This document shows, in pieces, positions 24,105-35,336 of a stretch of DNA of 64,000 nucleotides. Positions within the stretch are counted from its first letter, which is position 1; each line of letters opens with the position of its first letter. The notes under the pieces were generated by a model. The model saw only the letters and a list, made by a program, of their open reading frames with translations. It searched no databases and was not told where the DNA came from. Origin of the DNA: Selaginella moellendorffii (Eukaryota > Plantae > Lycopodiophyta); the NCBI RefSeq assembly GCF_000143415.4, contig NW_003314272.1, positions 229,173-293,172 of the forward strand, given 5' to 3'. A program made the position numbers and the translations under genes.

Positions 24105-26147
24105 CTATTTGTCTAGTGCCACAGAGTTCGCAAGGAGGATATAGCCAGCGGCATCCGCAGGACTGCCGCCACCGTCAAATATCGATTTTGCTTCGTTGTG
24201 GCTGCCACAGGCTCCCAAGAGGCACGACCGATCCAGCGAATCGGGCTCGAACGGCATCGTCTCGGCGAGCTCCCGGGCATCCACAACGTATCCCCCGCGC
24301 GCCAGGAGATCGATCGCGCAGCTAAAGTGCTGCTTCGTGGGACGCTGCTGGAAATCTCGATGGATCGAAACAAATGCAGCGCGCCCTCGGTGTAACTCGC
24401 CCGCATGGATGCACGCCCTCAGCATCGTCACAAAGGAGACGTCGTTCGGAGACACCGCCTCGAGTACCATTGCGTGGAACAGATGTAAGGCCTCGTGTGG
24501 CCTCTGGTTGTGCCCATACGCTGCCATGAGCGCGTTCCACGATACCACGCTGGGCTCCTCGATGCCATCAAAGATCCTCCTGGCATCTTGCAGATGCCCG
24601 TGCTGGGCATATGCCGAGAGCATCGCATTCCGCGTCACAGAGTTTCTTTCGTCCATGGCGTGAAAAAGATACCACGCATCTTCAAGCTGGCCAGCTTGCG
24701 CCACGGCGGACACAACAATCGTCCAGGTGACTAGATTCCGTTCCTCCATTGTGCTAAAGATCCTCTTTGCCTCGCCAAGATGCCCTTGCGAGGCAAAGGC
24801 TGTGATCATTGCATTGATGGCGACGAGATCCCAGCGCGCCATTCGATCAAACATTGATTTCGCCTCTTCCACCCAACCAATCGACGCAAATCCACCCAGA
24901 AGCGTTGTCCACGAGACGAGATTCCTCTCCGGCATTCGATCGAACAGCTCACGGGCCTGCCGGATTTGCCCGCTCTGGGCATACCCGCTAAGCATTGCGT
25001 TCCAGGTGATAAGATCCCGCTTCTGGAAGGAGAATTCGAAGAGGTCCCTGGCTGAGTCCAGCATCCCTGCCTGGGAGAACGCCGCAAGCATAGCATTGCA
25101 GGCGATCAAGCTCCGCCCCTTCATCTCGCAAAACAAGGCTTGGGCCTCTCTAATCTGTCTGCTTTGAGTGTAGGCGACGAGCATCGCCGTCCAGGAGAGA
25201 ACATCCCTCTCAGGCATCGCATCAAAGAGAGATCTCGACTGCGATACTTGTCCGGCATGAGCATAAGCAGAGATCATCGAGTTCCAGCACGCCAGATCCC
25301 GCTGCTGGGCGGAATCAAAGAGCCTCTTCGCATCGCTCACGCATCCGGCATTAGCGTAGGCGGATTGGAGCGCCGTATTGCAGTGGAGATCCCATTCGGG
25401 CATCGTGTCAAAGAGGTTCTTAGCATCCAGCAGATGCCCCAGATGGGCATATGCCGTAAGCATCGAGTTCCACGTCACGAGATTCCTTTCGGCCATGGAA
25501 TCAAACATCCGCTTGGAATCCTGCAATCGGCCGTTTTTGGCAAATCCCCCCAGTAATGCATTCCACGTTACAAGGTTTTGTTCTGGCATCTTGTAAGAAA
25601 ACTCTTTCATCTTATGTATTTGCCCATTTTGGGCATATGCAGTCAGCATGGCATTCCAGGTCACTATGTCTCTCTCGCGCATTTCAGAGAATACTTGCAA
25701 TGATTCTCTAAGATTTCCTTCTTGGGCATATGCGACTAGCATGGTCGTCCACGTCACCAGATCCAGTTGAGGCATCCTGTGTACACCTGCGCTGCCTCTT
25801 CAATATGCCCGTNNNNNNNNNNNNNNNNNNNNNNNNNNNNNNNNNNNNNNNNNNNNNNNNNNNNNNNNNNNNNNNNNNNNNNNNNNNNNNNNNNNNNNNN
25901 NNNNNNNNNNNNGCATGGCATCAAACACTTGGCGGGCTTGCTTGACGGCCCCAAATCTCCCGTAGAGCTGGATCAGTGTGTTCGAGAGCCTCGTGTCGTG
26001 GGCGAAGAAATCCAGCTCCTTGAGCTGGGAGTGAGCCTCTCTCGTCATCGCCAGGCTCTTGCAAGATGCCAGGAGCTGGATGCAATGGTCGCGTTCTTGG
26101 AGCATGGCGGCAAATTGCGGGGCTTCCATTCCTAAATCTTTGTACAT
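24105..26147 (-). CDS. PLS-class pentatricopeptide repeat protein with E-like C-terminus and no DYW; assembly gap and apparent 1-bp frameshift near the N-terminus
   Basis: Many 31-aa S-type repeats (RDLVSWNAMLTAYAQ.G.L..A..LFD.M), SCAIDLLARGG..MPFEPD..LLGAC..H. Confidence 0.9.
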
Positions 26148-26155
26148 TGTAATTC

Positions 26156-26437
26156 CTACTCTTTCATGACTCGAGAGACTTGCTCACTCAAGGCTTGGTT
26201 CTCTTGGTCCAGCCAATCCATGAGCTCCTCGAGGCATTGATCCTCTTCCTCGAGGCGAGAGACGCTGTGCTGGAGGCTCTCGCAGCCCTGTTCAATCTGC
26301 TCAATATGCATCTCCAAGTAGCCATTCTTCTCCTCCAGCAGTGCAATGGACTCCTCTACAGCCCGATTCTCCTGCTTTACCTGTGAGAGGCGCTCGTTCA
26401 TCTCTTCCTCCAGTTGGGTGACGCACTCCTCTAGCAT
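26156..26437 (-). CDS. Small coiled-coil/leucine-zipper-like ORF (93 aa, 14-aa periodicity)
   Basis: LEEKNGYLEMHIEQ/IEQGCESLQHSVSR/LEEEDQCLEELMDW/LDQENQALSEQVSR; GC-richer than the AT-rich flank. Confidence 0.45.
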   Translation of the reverse strand: MLEECVTQLEEEMNERLSQVKQENRAVEESIALLEEKNGYLEMHIEQIEQGCESLQHSVSRLEEEDQCLEELMDWLDQENQALSEQVSRVMKE

Positions 26438-27572
26438 CTTCTTTAGAATTAACGATTCCAAGCCTCTCATATTTGCAAATGCAAAAAAAAAAATCCCTTG
26501 GCATTTCAAAGAATATTCTATTTTAATTGGGCTAAGTGACTGTTTCTTGATCACCATTTGAAGCTATGATACCTTGGATGTATAATAACTAGTAACTAAT
26601 GTTAATGCTAAATGCTCATTATTCTCTCTTGTATTTAGTGTGACTAATGCTAAAAATAATGATAATTGAATTTGATTCTTTGAACATTTGAAAATGTTGA
26701 TTGAAATTAAACATCAATATGTTTCACTTTATAATTTCCTCTTTAATTTGTGTTCAATTGGTATTCAATAATGCATATTATGGATTTTGTATGAGGCATT
26801 TTCTGATAATATTTGCAAAGTGTTTAAAGTTTTGAGGTTGTTCACTTGCTTTGGAAAACATGCCACACTCTCACCCCTTCAAACTTTGATGTAGCTATGG
26901 TAGAAATTTATGATAAAAATCTAGATATTTAGCAAGTAATATTTCAAAGTGTTTGAATGCATGGTTGCTTGAAACTCAAGATTTTCCTATCCTTGCAATG
27001 TTTGAATACATTTGACACAAAATAACTAATTAGTTTATTGAATGCTGATTGAAAAGTGATGGAGACATATAGCAAGACCAAAGAGGTACAACCAAAGCTA
27101 ATGAACAATATAGAAAAGCTTATTTATAAATGCAATTGCACGAATTTGCTACTATATTGTCATTTTCTCAAACTTTACTTTATTTGAGATACAAACACAA
27201 GAGCATACTCGTATAGTGAATATATTAACACACTCTTACTTATGCTTTGGATGGCAAGGAATTGGATTGCCTTCTACTCACGCAGTTGTCGCAATTTTTT
27301 TAGAAGAAAGAGCATGTGCAAGTTTATGCTAACATATGTTATTTACTCTCAAAACATATCAGATATACTTTATCCTTTAGATATTAAGCATTTAGAAATG
27401 GATGGTATGTTACTACCAAAAACTTGAAAACTTCCATAGTTTCATTTTAGCCTGTTTTTCTTGCTGTTGTCTTCACTAAAGAGTAGCATCTATACAAATA
27501 GATTTCCAATACCTTGTCAAGTTTCATCACAAAGGTGGAAATCTCAACCAGGAAAACGAAAAGGTTCGTGCC

Positions 27573-29214
27573 TCACGTCGTCGACTGAGAACCGTGCCCT
27601 GGAGAAGCCAGGAGAGATGACTCAGAATCACTGGTCTTCGCATCAGTCATCCTGGTCAAACTCACCTCCATCAGTCCACTTCATCATTTAAAGCACAGAA
27701 ACTAACCGGTGGGAAAAACGTTTGATGCGGGGCTCCATCATGTGGATTTTCTTCTCCATCTCCATTTCCATGACCTTCAGGATCTGCTTCTGTACCGCTG
27801 CTGCGCCATCTCCAGGATCGAACACGATGCCAGAACGAAAAAATGGATCCGCCACCTTCCCTCCTTGTTCCCGTCCATGAGATTGCTCCATTCCTTTGCG
27901 TGGGCACACTGGGAGCTCGTTTGCAGCCATATTCTTGCCTGCTGGTTCGAAGTGAGCAGCCGAGAATGGATCCTCTGGGTGACGAAGACGGAGGAGAGAG
28001 GCCGAGAACGGCCTTGGCTGCTCGTGAACTTCCTCAGGCGTGATAGCGATCAGAGGATCCTCCCCCATGTTTCCCTGATTTCCCTGCTGGTATGGATCAG
28101 TAGCAGGCAAGAGTGTATCCACCTGGAGGAGAGAGGCCGAGAACGGCTCACTGAAGATCAGAGGATTCTCCACCACGTTTTCTCGACTTCCCTGCTGGTC
28201 CGGATCAGTTGCACGAAGGAGTGGATCCACCTGGAGAAGAGAGGCCGAGAATGGCCTTTGCTGCTCACTAACGATCAGACAACTCTCCACCACGTTCCCC
28301 CAACATTTCTGGTGATCTGGCACTGGGTTAGCACGAAAGAGTGGATTCACCGCGACCTTGTTTCCCGATCCGGAGTCATGGCAAGCACCACCGAGAAGAG
28401 CTGAAGGTGGCAGCCGCCTTGGAGGCCTCAGGAACTCGCGAATCCGAGGATCGGCATTCAGCTGCGACGGTCGATGCTCCAGTCCATTCTCCACTTTGCT
28501 CAAGGGAATAAGATACTCCCGCTGGCTGCGGCCACCGGCACCGGGATGATGGCCACTCCCAGCATAGTGCACCAGGACCTCGTCACGCACCTTGCTTCTT
28601 CTTCTCGTGCAGTGTATCCAGATGCCGATGATGATGGCCACCATAGCCAGCAGGAATATGACGATGCCTGCCGCGAGCAAACCGGGAGATGTCACGAACA
28701 CTGCTGCGGCTGCTGCTGCTGATGAAGATGGTGATGCTGATGACGCCAGACACGGAGGCGGAGCAGAAGTGGCCAGGCCAGGCATGGTCAATGGTGGCGG
28801 AGATGGCAGCCTTGGGTGCCACGTTATGGATGAAGGTGGCGGCGGCCCAAACCTCCTTGGCCTCCAAGTTATAGTGTCGTGCTTGTTGGAGGAAGCAGCA
28901 GGTGGCGTAGCAGCTTGATGTCGAGGTGGAGGGCTCTTTGCGGGCCTATACCGGGATGGTGAAGGCGGTGGTGCTCTTCTTGGCGACGGTTTGGGCCTAT
29001 TGTGCGAGTGCTGCTGCGGCGGTGGCGATGGAGATGAAGCTCCGGTTGGCAGCGCTTTCGACGGCGGCCCGCTACTCCTCGTGTTGTGTGAGTGTGGCGG
29101 CGACGGTGGCGGCGGAGATCTCGCCCTCTTTGGCGACGGCTTGGACGGTGGCGCGCCACCCCTCCTGTGCGGGGACGGCGGCGGCGGGGAAGCGATTTTG
29201 CGAGCCGGAGACAA
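27573..29214 (-). CDS. Proline-rich (extensin/PERK-like ectodomain) single-pass membrane protein with a repeated cytoplasmic motif and no kinase domain
   Basis: SPPPP repeats; TM GLLAAGIVIFLLAMVAIIIGIWIHC followed by RRRSK; 3x PFSASLL motif; likely intron about 27706-27652 giving HR|MTDAKTS..STT*; begins at TTG. Confidence 0.65.
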
Positions 29215-29518
29215 CTCTTCGCTCGACTTGCTTCCCTTTTCTAGGGTATTAGGGCTTATATAGTGAGCCGGGGCGAATATACTTTTTAGAAATGTCTGTA
29301 TTGCAAGAAATTGTTTTCTTTTTTAGCAAATCCTTTTCTAAAGGCTGGCTCGACGTATTTGAAAAAAGCATGCTGAGCGGCCGTAAATTTTCTGACTGCC
29401 TGTGAAGTTCTGAGAAGCGCCTGGCAATTCTGGCCCGGAATTGTCTTGACGATCATCAAAGGGACAAGAGCGTAGTGTTTTAATCTCCATACCGTTTGTT
29501 TTTCGATTTTCCGACCTT

Positions 29519-29809
29519 CTAAACTTTCACCGTGGTGCCACCCTCGCGCCCAGCGGCGTGGACACACTGGATAATCTTCGCAATCCTATCTGTGGTCACG
29601 TAGAAATCGATGTCTCCTGGAGTTTCTTCGCTGCGGCAGTCGATATCGATGTGCCTCCCGCCGAAGTAAAAGGCCAGCTTCTCGTGTCTCGAGTCGGGCA
29701 CATCCACGATACGAACCACCTCCTTCAAGCTCTCGCCCATTTGCTGCAAACCCACCATGGGAAACAGGGTTTTTCCATAGCGGAACATCACGACCCTCTC
29801 GTCGGCCAT
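29519..29809 (-). CDS. Divergent SUMO/ubiquitin-like protein with di-Gly and a short C-terminal extension
   Basis: VVMFR..LAFYFGGRHI..ETPGDIDF..IQCV..REGG-TTVKV parallels SUMO EVFFRI..IAFLFDGRRL..QTPDELEM..IDAM..QTGG. Confidence 0.55.
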   Translation of the reverse strand: MADERVVMFRYGKTLFPMVGLQQMGESLKEVVRIVDVPDSRHEKLAFYFGGRHIDIDCRSEETPGDIDFYVTTDRIAKIIQCVHAAGREGGTTVKV

Positions 29810-29984
29810 GGCTATACAAACTTACAAACCCTAACACAATGGAATCGACTTAAATAAAAATACAATTTTCTAGGCACCCTTTTGCTGTGTGTCCTCCTAA
29901 CTTGGTTCCCTTTTTTATTGTATTAAAGTTTCTTTGAGGATTGTTTGTATATCCTTTATTTATTGTTTGCCTCTGGAAGGAGCG

Positions 29985-31100
29985 ACGCAATGCGAGAAGA
30001 GGGTCGACAGCTAATGAGGTTCTATCCTCTCGACCTCAAGTGTATACTGAAACAGGTTTTGCTTGCGCAAGGATGGACAAGAGGAGATCACTCAACGTGG
30101 TGAGTGCTTTCAAGTTTGCCTTCCTTTCCTAATCGTTTAATCCGCAGCACCTGTTTAAGGAGCTACAAATCAGCGGAGAATCCCTATCGCTGAATGTATC
30201 CGATGGATGGCGGTGTGCAAGGCATCCATGTGAGTGTTTTTAAGCATTTGCAGAACGTGTTCTGATCTCTTCTTTTTCTCAGTGGCCTATGATCTAGTGA
30301 TTGATAGGCTGGAGTACTTCAATATCCATGCGCTGGAAGCACTTAGCTGTTCGAGCGCAGGCCTTGGTGAAGGTATCGAAAAACTTTTCAACAGGTACGC
30401 ATGCACACTATTGCAAGGTTGACCAATCATCAAAGTAAACTTATAGTGTCGAGAGTTTGACAAGGGCAAGGATTCCTGAGATTAAATCAGTAGAGCACAT
30501 GTATCTTGAGGCTGCATCCCAGCATTGATACAATAGAGGCGTTTGTTCTTGGCATGGAAGTTAACTAATCATTCACAGGAACATGAGTGGCTGCCAAAGT
30601 TCCACTCGAATGTAATTGTTGTGAGGAAGAACATGATCTTTGTTGGTGGAGCTGGTGTCTTCAGTGTTGCCCTTGTTGGACCCCACCGAGCAATTCTTTG
30701 TGAAGCACATCAACTTGTCAACATTTACAGTGGCTGACTCCAAAGGGTCCTCAAGTAACCGTGTTGAACCAATCGATGCTTCCAAATGAGATTTTGGTCG
30801 TGGGACCTTCTTCGATAGAAGAGCTGGATATTTCAGTCATTGCAAGAAGTGCCGCCCGGAACTACTACGATGTGGTAGGAATTTGTGCGGAACTCTCTGA
30901 CTTGGATCCAGCACAGGAGAGTGTAGTTGCTGTGAAGATCTATGATGGAGACTCGCTCAGCTCGGCAGTGGCATGGGGGCCAAGGTGAGGGATGGTGGAG
31001 CTGCGACAGAGTTATAGAGAAGGTGGTCAGGCAACATCGATGGTGGGGCTGGGACAGAGTTATTTGTCTCGCCTAGATCCGGACAAATCTGTGGCTTGAG
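29985..31100 (+). pseudogene. Disrupted multi-exon gene with an RPA1-like OB-fold segment
   Basis: YYDVVGICAEL..VAVKIYDGDSLSSAVAWG resembles the RPA1 OB motif DVIG..L.D.SG..TLWG; frameshift near 30725; stops. Confidence 0.45.
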
Positions 31101-31157
31101 ATTAAATTGCTTTGGTGCTTATATTAAGAAGATCCACGGTTGTGTATTGACTTTTAG

Positions 31158-31450
31158 GGTCCTCTTGAAAGTGGGTTTCAAGTGTATACTGAGAGGTTTA
31201 CTCAACGTGCCTGTTCCTTTTCTAATCGTTCTTTAATCCACAGCACCTGTTCAAGGAGCTACAGATGAGCGGCTGCCGCTGATTGTATCCGATGGATGAT
31301 AGCATCGAAGCATCCATGTGAGTGTTTTTTAAAGTATTTGTGGAAAGTTTTCTGATCTCTTCTTTTTCTCAGTGGCCTAGTCTTTTAAGTACATGCACAC
31401 TATTGAGGCTGTAGCACAATCATCAAAGTAATTTACAATGTTAAGAGTTT
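31158..31450 (+). repeat. Partial duplicate of 30025-30460
   Basis: caagtgtatactga..agcacctgt..gcatccatgtgagtgttttt..ttctgatctcttctttttctcagtggccta occurs in both. Confidence 0.85.
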
Positions 31451-32449
31451 AATTATAGCAATCAATTTTTAGCAATCAGACAATAAGATAAGGCAAAGAT
31501 AAGGTGTACATAAACAAACACACGAGTCCACATTATAAAAATAATCTTTACTACATTATAATTGCATGTGATTTGAAATGTATGGGTATGGTATGGGCTT
31601 CTGCCACATCAGTATGACATGTCAAGCTAGAGAAGCCCATACCCTGTGGGTAAATGTGATGTCACTTGAAATCTAACATAGAACACTTTCTTCCTGCTTA
31701 GCTAAGAGTGATATCTTTCCCACAATCTTGACCCATGTGGGCAGTAGTGAGCTTGATCAAACAAGCTCATGCTTGTGAGGTCTGAGGTAGGGGCTTTTGA
31801 TCTGCATAGATGGGTGCAACATGGATGTTTCTTCTTTTCAGAAGCGAGTGAGATCTTGAGCATGTGAATAGTTCTATTTGTTAGTTTATGTGAGAGCTCT
31901 TTACACACAAAACTCTTTTTTTATGTGAGTCTCATTTGGGCACCATTATGCTATCTGTGCGGGTAGTTGGAATATTGTATTGGATTGTTAGTTAGTTGTA
32001 GTTTTTTCTCTTGCTTGGGCTGTGATAGAGATTCATGAGTAAGCTTTCATTTATTTCACTTTTCTTCTTAAGCCTTATACTCATTGTACCATCATGAATG
32101 CAATTGCAAAGATCTAGATTACGGGATTGTGAAAAACACTACATACTTGTTTCATTTTTCACTGGGTAAAAGATCCTAACAGTAGCCACTAAGGAAAGGA
32201 AGAAGAACAATCATAGAGTATGAGATATGATCTAGAGCTTCTTTTGCAAAGAAATATGATGATTTCACAATTTAAAAAAAAAAAAACCACACATGTTTTT
32301 TACGTGAGGATGTTTGTTTTTTTATTGGTTTCAAAACTAAGATTATTTAGATTAATATACATTTGTGATTTGGACTTCTTGCCATTCTAGAGTTATGGAA
32401 ACTTGGAAGCCATGCAATGTTCTACCTTTTGGTTAGTAGAGGGCATAGT

Positions 32450-34577
32450 AGCAACTTTGTAAAGCTTACAAGGTTAGAGAATTGCTAAAGTTGTTTAGAG
32501 TTAAAACTTTCAAATGATTTACCCAATTAATTTGGTCTCTAGAGACATAACATCATAAATAATCCTTTAGTTGCCTTTTTGTTTGTTCATTCATCAGGAA
32601 GTGTTATTGCCATCATACTTAACTCAAAACTCAATATTTTTTTTTATGGTTGATAGGTTATGTTGAATTTCAGCTTGGTGTGATATTATTTTATGAGAGT
32701 TCTTTAGAATTTACTGGTGAAAATTTTATCTTGATCTAAGATAATTTCATTTGACATTCCTTGCACTTAAACTAATTGTTTGAAGAACAACATCATCACA
32801 CTTTTTGCATCCATTTCTTTTGTGGTGGATATGAAATATGCCATTTTAGAAAATTGATCCACCACTATAAATATTAGATCAAACCCCTCACTTCAGGGGA
32901 GTCTCATGATAAAGTCCATTGTAACATATTTCTATAGATGATTCGGAATTGGGAGGTTTTGCAACAAGCCCCCATTAGTTTTAATCATAGCTTTTACTTG
33001 TTGACATGTTGAACATATCTTTACATAGTCTTGAATGTCCTAAATTATGTCTAGCTAGTAATACTTTCTTTTGAATAAGTCTACTGTTTTAGGCATTTTG
33101 TTGTGTCCTGAAAGAGGTCTATTATGACACTCTTCTAAAGTTCCTTTCCTTAATTCCCCTTTTGAAATATACACCTTTATCTGTTATAATATATGAGTCC
33201 ATTACGTTCTATATAACTTATTTTCTCTTCCTTATGTGGTTCGCTTCTTTAGTGAGCATCTTATGCCTCTTGGTTCTTTAGTAACACTTTTTATACTAGG
33301 CTATTGTCCTTATACATTATTTGTATATCATCCCAAAAAGTTGTTATCACATTGGATATTACCAACTTTAAGCTTTTTTTTCAACTTAGAGCATCTACCA
33401 TGATATTACTTTTCCTAGGTTTATATAAAATCTCATAATCAAACTTGGCCAAAGTATTAACCCATAGATCATGTTTTTTTCGCAAGTTAGGCTGTGACAA
33501 GAAATGTTTCATTGCCACATTATCTATGTATATTTTAAAGTGTTTCCCAAGGTAATGTTGCCACTCTTTGAGTGCCTTGACCACTATAAACAATTACTTT
33601 TCATAAGCAAACCACTTTTGCTGAGCTTTGTTTAACTTCTTTGAGTAGAATACCATTGGTTGTCTTACTTCAAAACTATGTCTAACATAAAGCTTAAAGC
33701 ATTTATTTCTACCTTGAAGTCCTTATTAAAGTTTGATAATACTAGCATGGGAGTTTTCTTTAATTTCTCTTTAAGGTGGATAAATACTACCTTACATTCT
33801 ACTATCTTTACCATTTTTTTTTTCTCATTTGGTCTATTAAAGGTAGGGTTACTCCCAAGTAGTGTTTAATAAACTTTCAATAGTAGTTACATATGTCCTA
33901 TAATGATAATGATATTTGTATATAATTCTTCATAAATAACTTTTACATTTTTTACCCTTTTACCTCTGAAGTAGCCACCACAAACTTCAATTTATAATGT
34001 TTATTCTCATTATTATGTCCATAATGATCATCATGATTGAAAGACTTCTTGAATGCTAGCATGATTTTTGTTTGTTATTGTCATGTTGATGAGCCACATC
34101 AAAGAGGAGATGAAAAGATGAAAAATAACTTCAAACTCATTTATAGTAGATATTGTATATTTTTTACTCACAACACGACTTTTTAAACCAATTTCACCAC
34201 TAAAAAATGCATTTAAATAGTGATTAAAGCCTTTGCATCTAGAGTTCCTTTGATAGCCAAGAACTTTTTTACATTGGCTAGCAAAAAAAAAATCATCCAC
34301 ACTATTATCACTAGAAAAAAAATAACTTTAAATTGATCCACTAAAGAATTTTATTTAAACACCACAATCTCCAACTTTAAGTGCCTCAATATGCCCATAT
34401 ATAATGTTGTATATTTTTTCTTACATCTCTTATTAATTTTTATTAAAGGCTTACAACTCATCAACAACATTGTAAATAGTTAAAACTTCTATAGCTCTAT
34501 AAACACCACCATTGGCAAATACCATCAACATTAAGATTTTAGTGTTTATCTTTTGTCAGCCATTGCATTTGATACCA
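32450..34577 (-). mobile_element. Decayed, internally deleted Ty3/Gypsy element (PBS, gag remnant, RT end, RNase H, integrase)
   Basis: PBS tggtatcaa at 34577-34569 next to LTR end (TG at 34579 on +); KALKEWQHYLG..YKPRKSNIMVDALS; integrase traces MDFIMRLP..VVDQFSKMAYFI; many stops. Confidence 0.85.
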
Positions 34578-35221
34578 ATGTTATAATTTAACATTAAAAC
34601 GAAAGAAACCTAACCTTTATTACACTTTATATTGAGGTTCTCCATTACCCAACCACCCCCAAGCTACCTTAAAAATTCAATATGCCACTGCACCATTGTG
34701 AGCTTACCATGACCCATGGTGAAAATGTGCTTCTAGGGGATTAGAGATTGTCCTAGAAAATGTTAAGGTTCATCAATCAAAGACTGGGTCCGTGGGGGAC
34801 TGTGTTGTGATCGGTTGAGAACTCAAGTGGAGGCTATTGCAATTTACATACAAACCGGATCACAATTAAGTTTGGTTTGGAATTTTGGCCATTAAAACGG
34901 AGCTCCAAAAGAACGAGAAAGGTTCCAGCTTTTGAGCACGGGAATGGCACCAAAGATCTTTGGAGGTTCATGAGAAGCCATCATCACGGAGACGCTATGA
35001 TGCTCCACTTGCACTCCAGGAAAGGAATTTGGGAAAAGCCCGCATTTGCTACATTGCTATAGATCTAGATAGCTAGCACAGCGGGCAATCGTCACTGGCA
35101 ACAAGACCAGAGATTAGAAGCGAGCACAACGCCGCGCGCTCTAGCCCTAACCCTACTCGCTGCCTCTGATAAGATCAAGTAGTCTACGGCTAGGATTGAA
35201 GAGCTCGGGCTATTATATAGT

Positions 35222-35300
35222 CCACGTATGCTGACACGTGTCGATTTACGAATGGCCTATTAACTCACACGTGGCTCTAGTGCTAAGGATGCCACGTGTC
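35222..35300. promoter_or_regulatory. ABRE/G-box cluster upstream of P5CDH
   Basis: ccacgt 35222, gacacgtgtc 35233, acacgtggc 35267, gccacgtgtc 35291. Confidence 0.65.
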
Positions 35301-35336
35301 AAGTTTGAGGTTTAAACTTAGGGCGATCTGGAGCGC

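Noticed and set aside
24105-25775. CRISPR-like or satellite reading of the 93-bp periodicity
   Set aside because: It is the PPR coding repeat; the DNA is eukaryotic and has no repeat-spacer array.
34806-34865. 13-bp imperfect inverted repeat (ttgtgatcggtt...aaccggatcacaa)
   Set aside because: Too short, with no TSD or second copy to support a MITE or miRNA.
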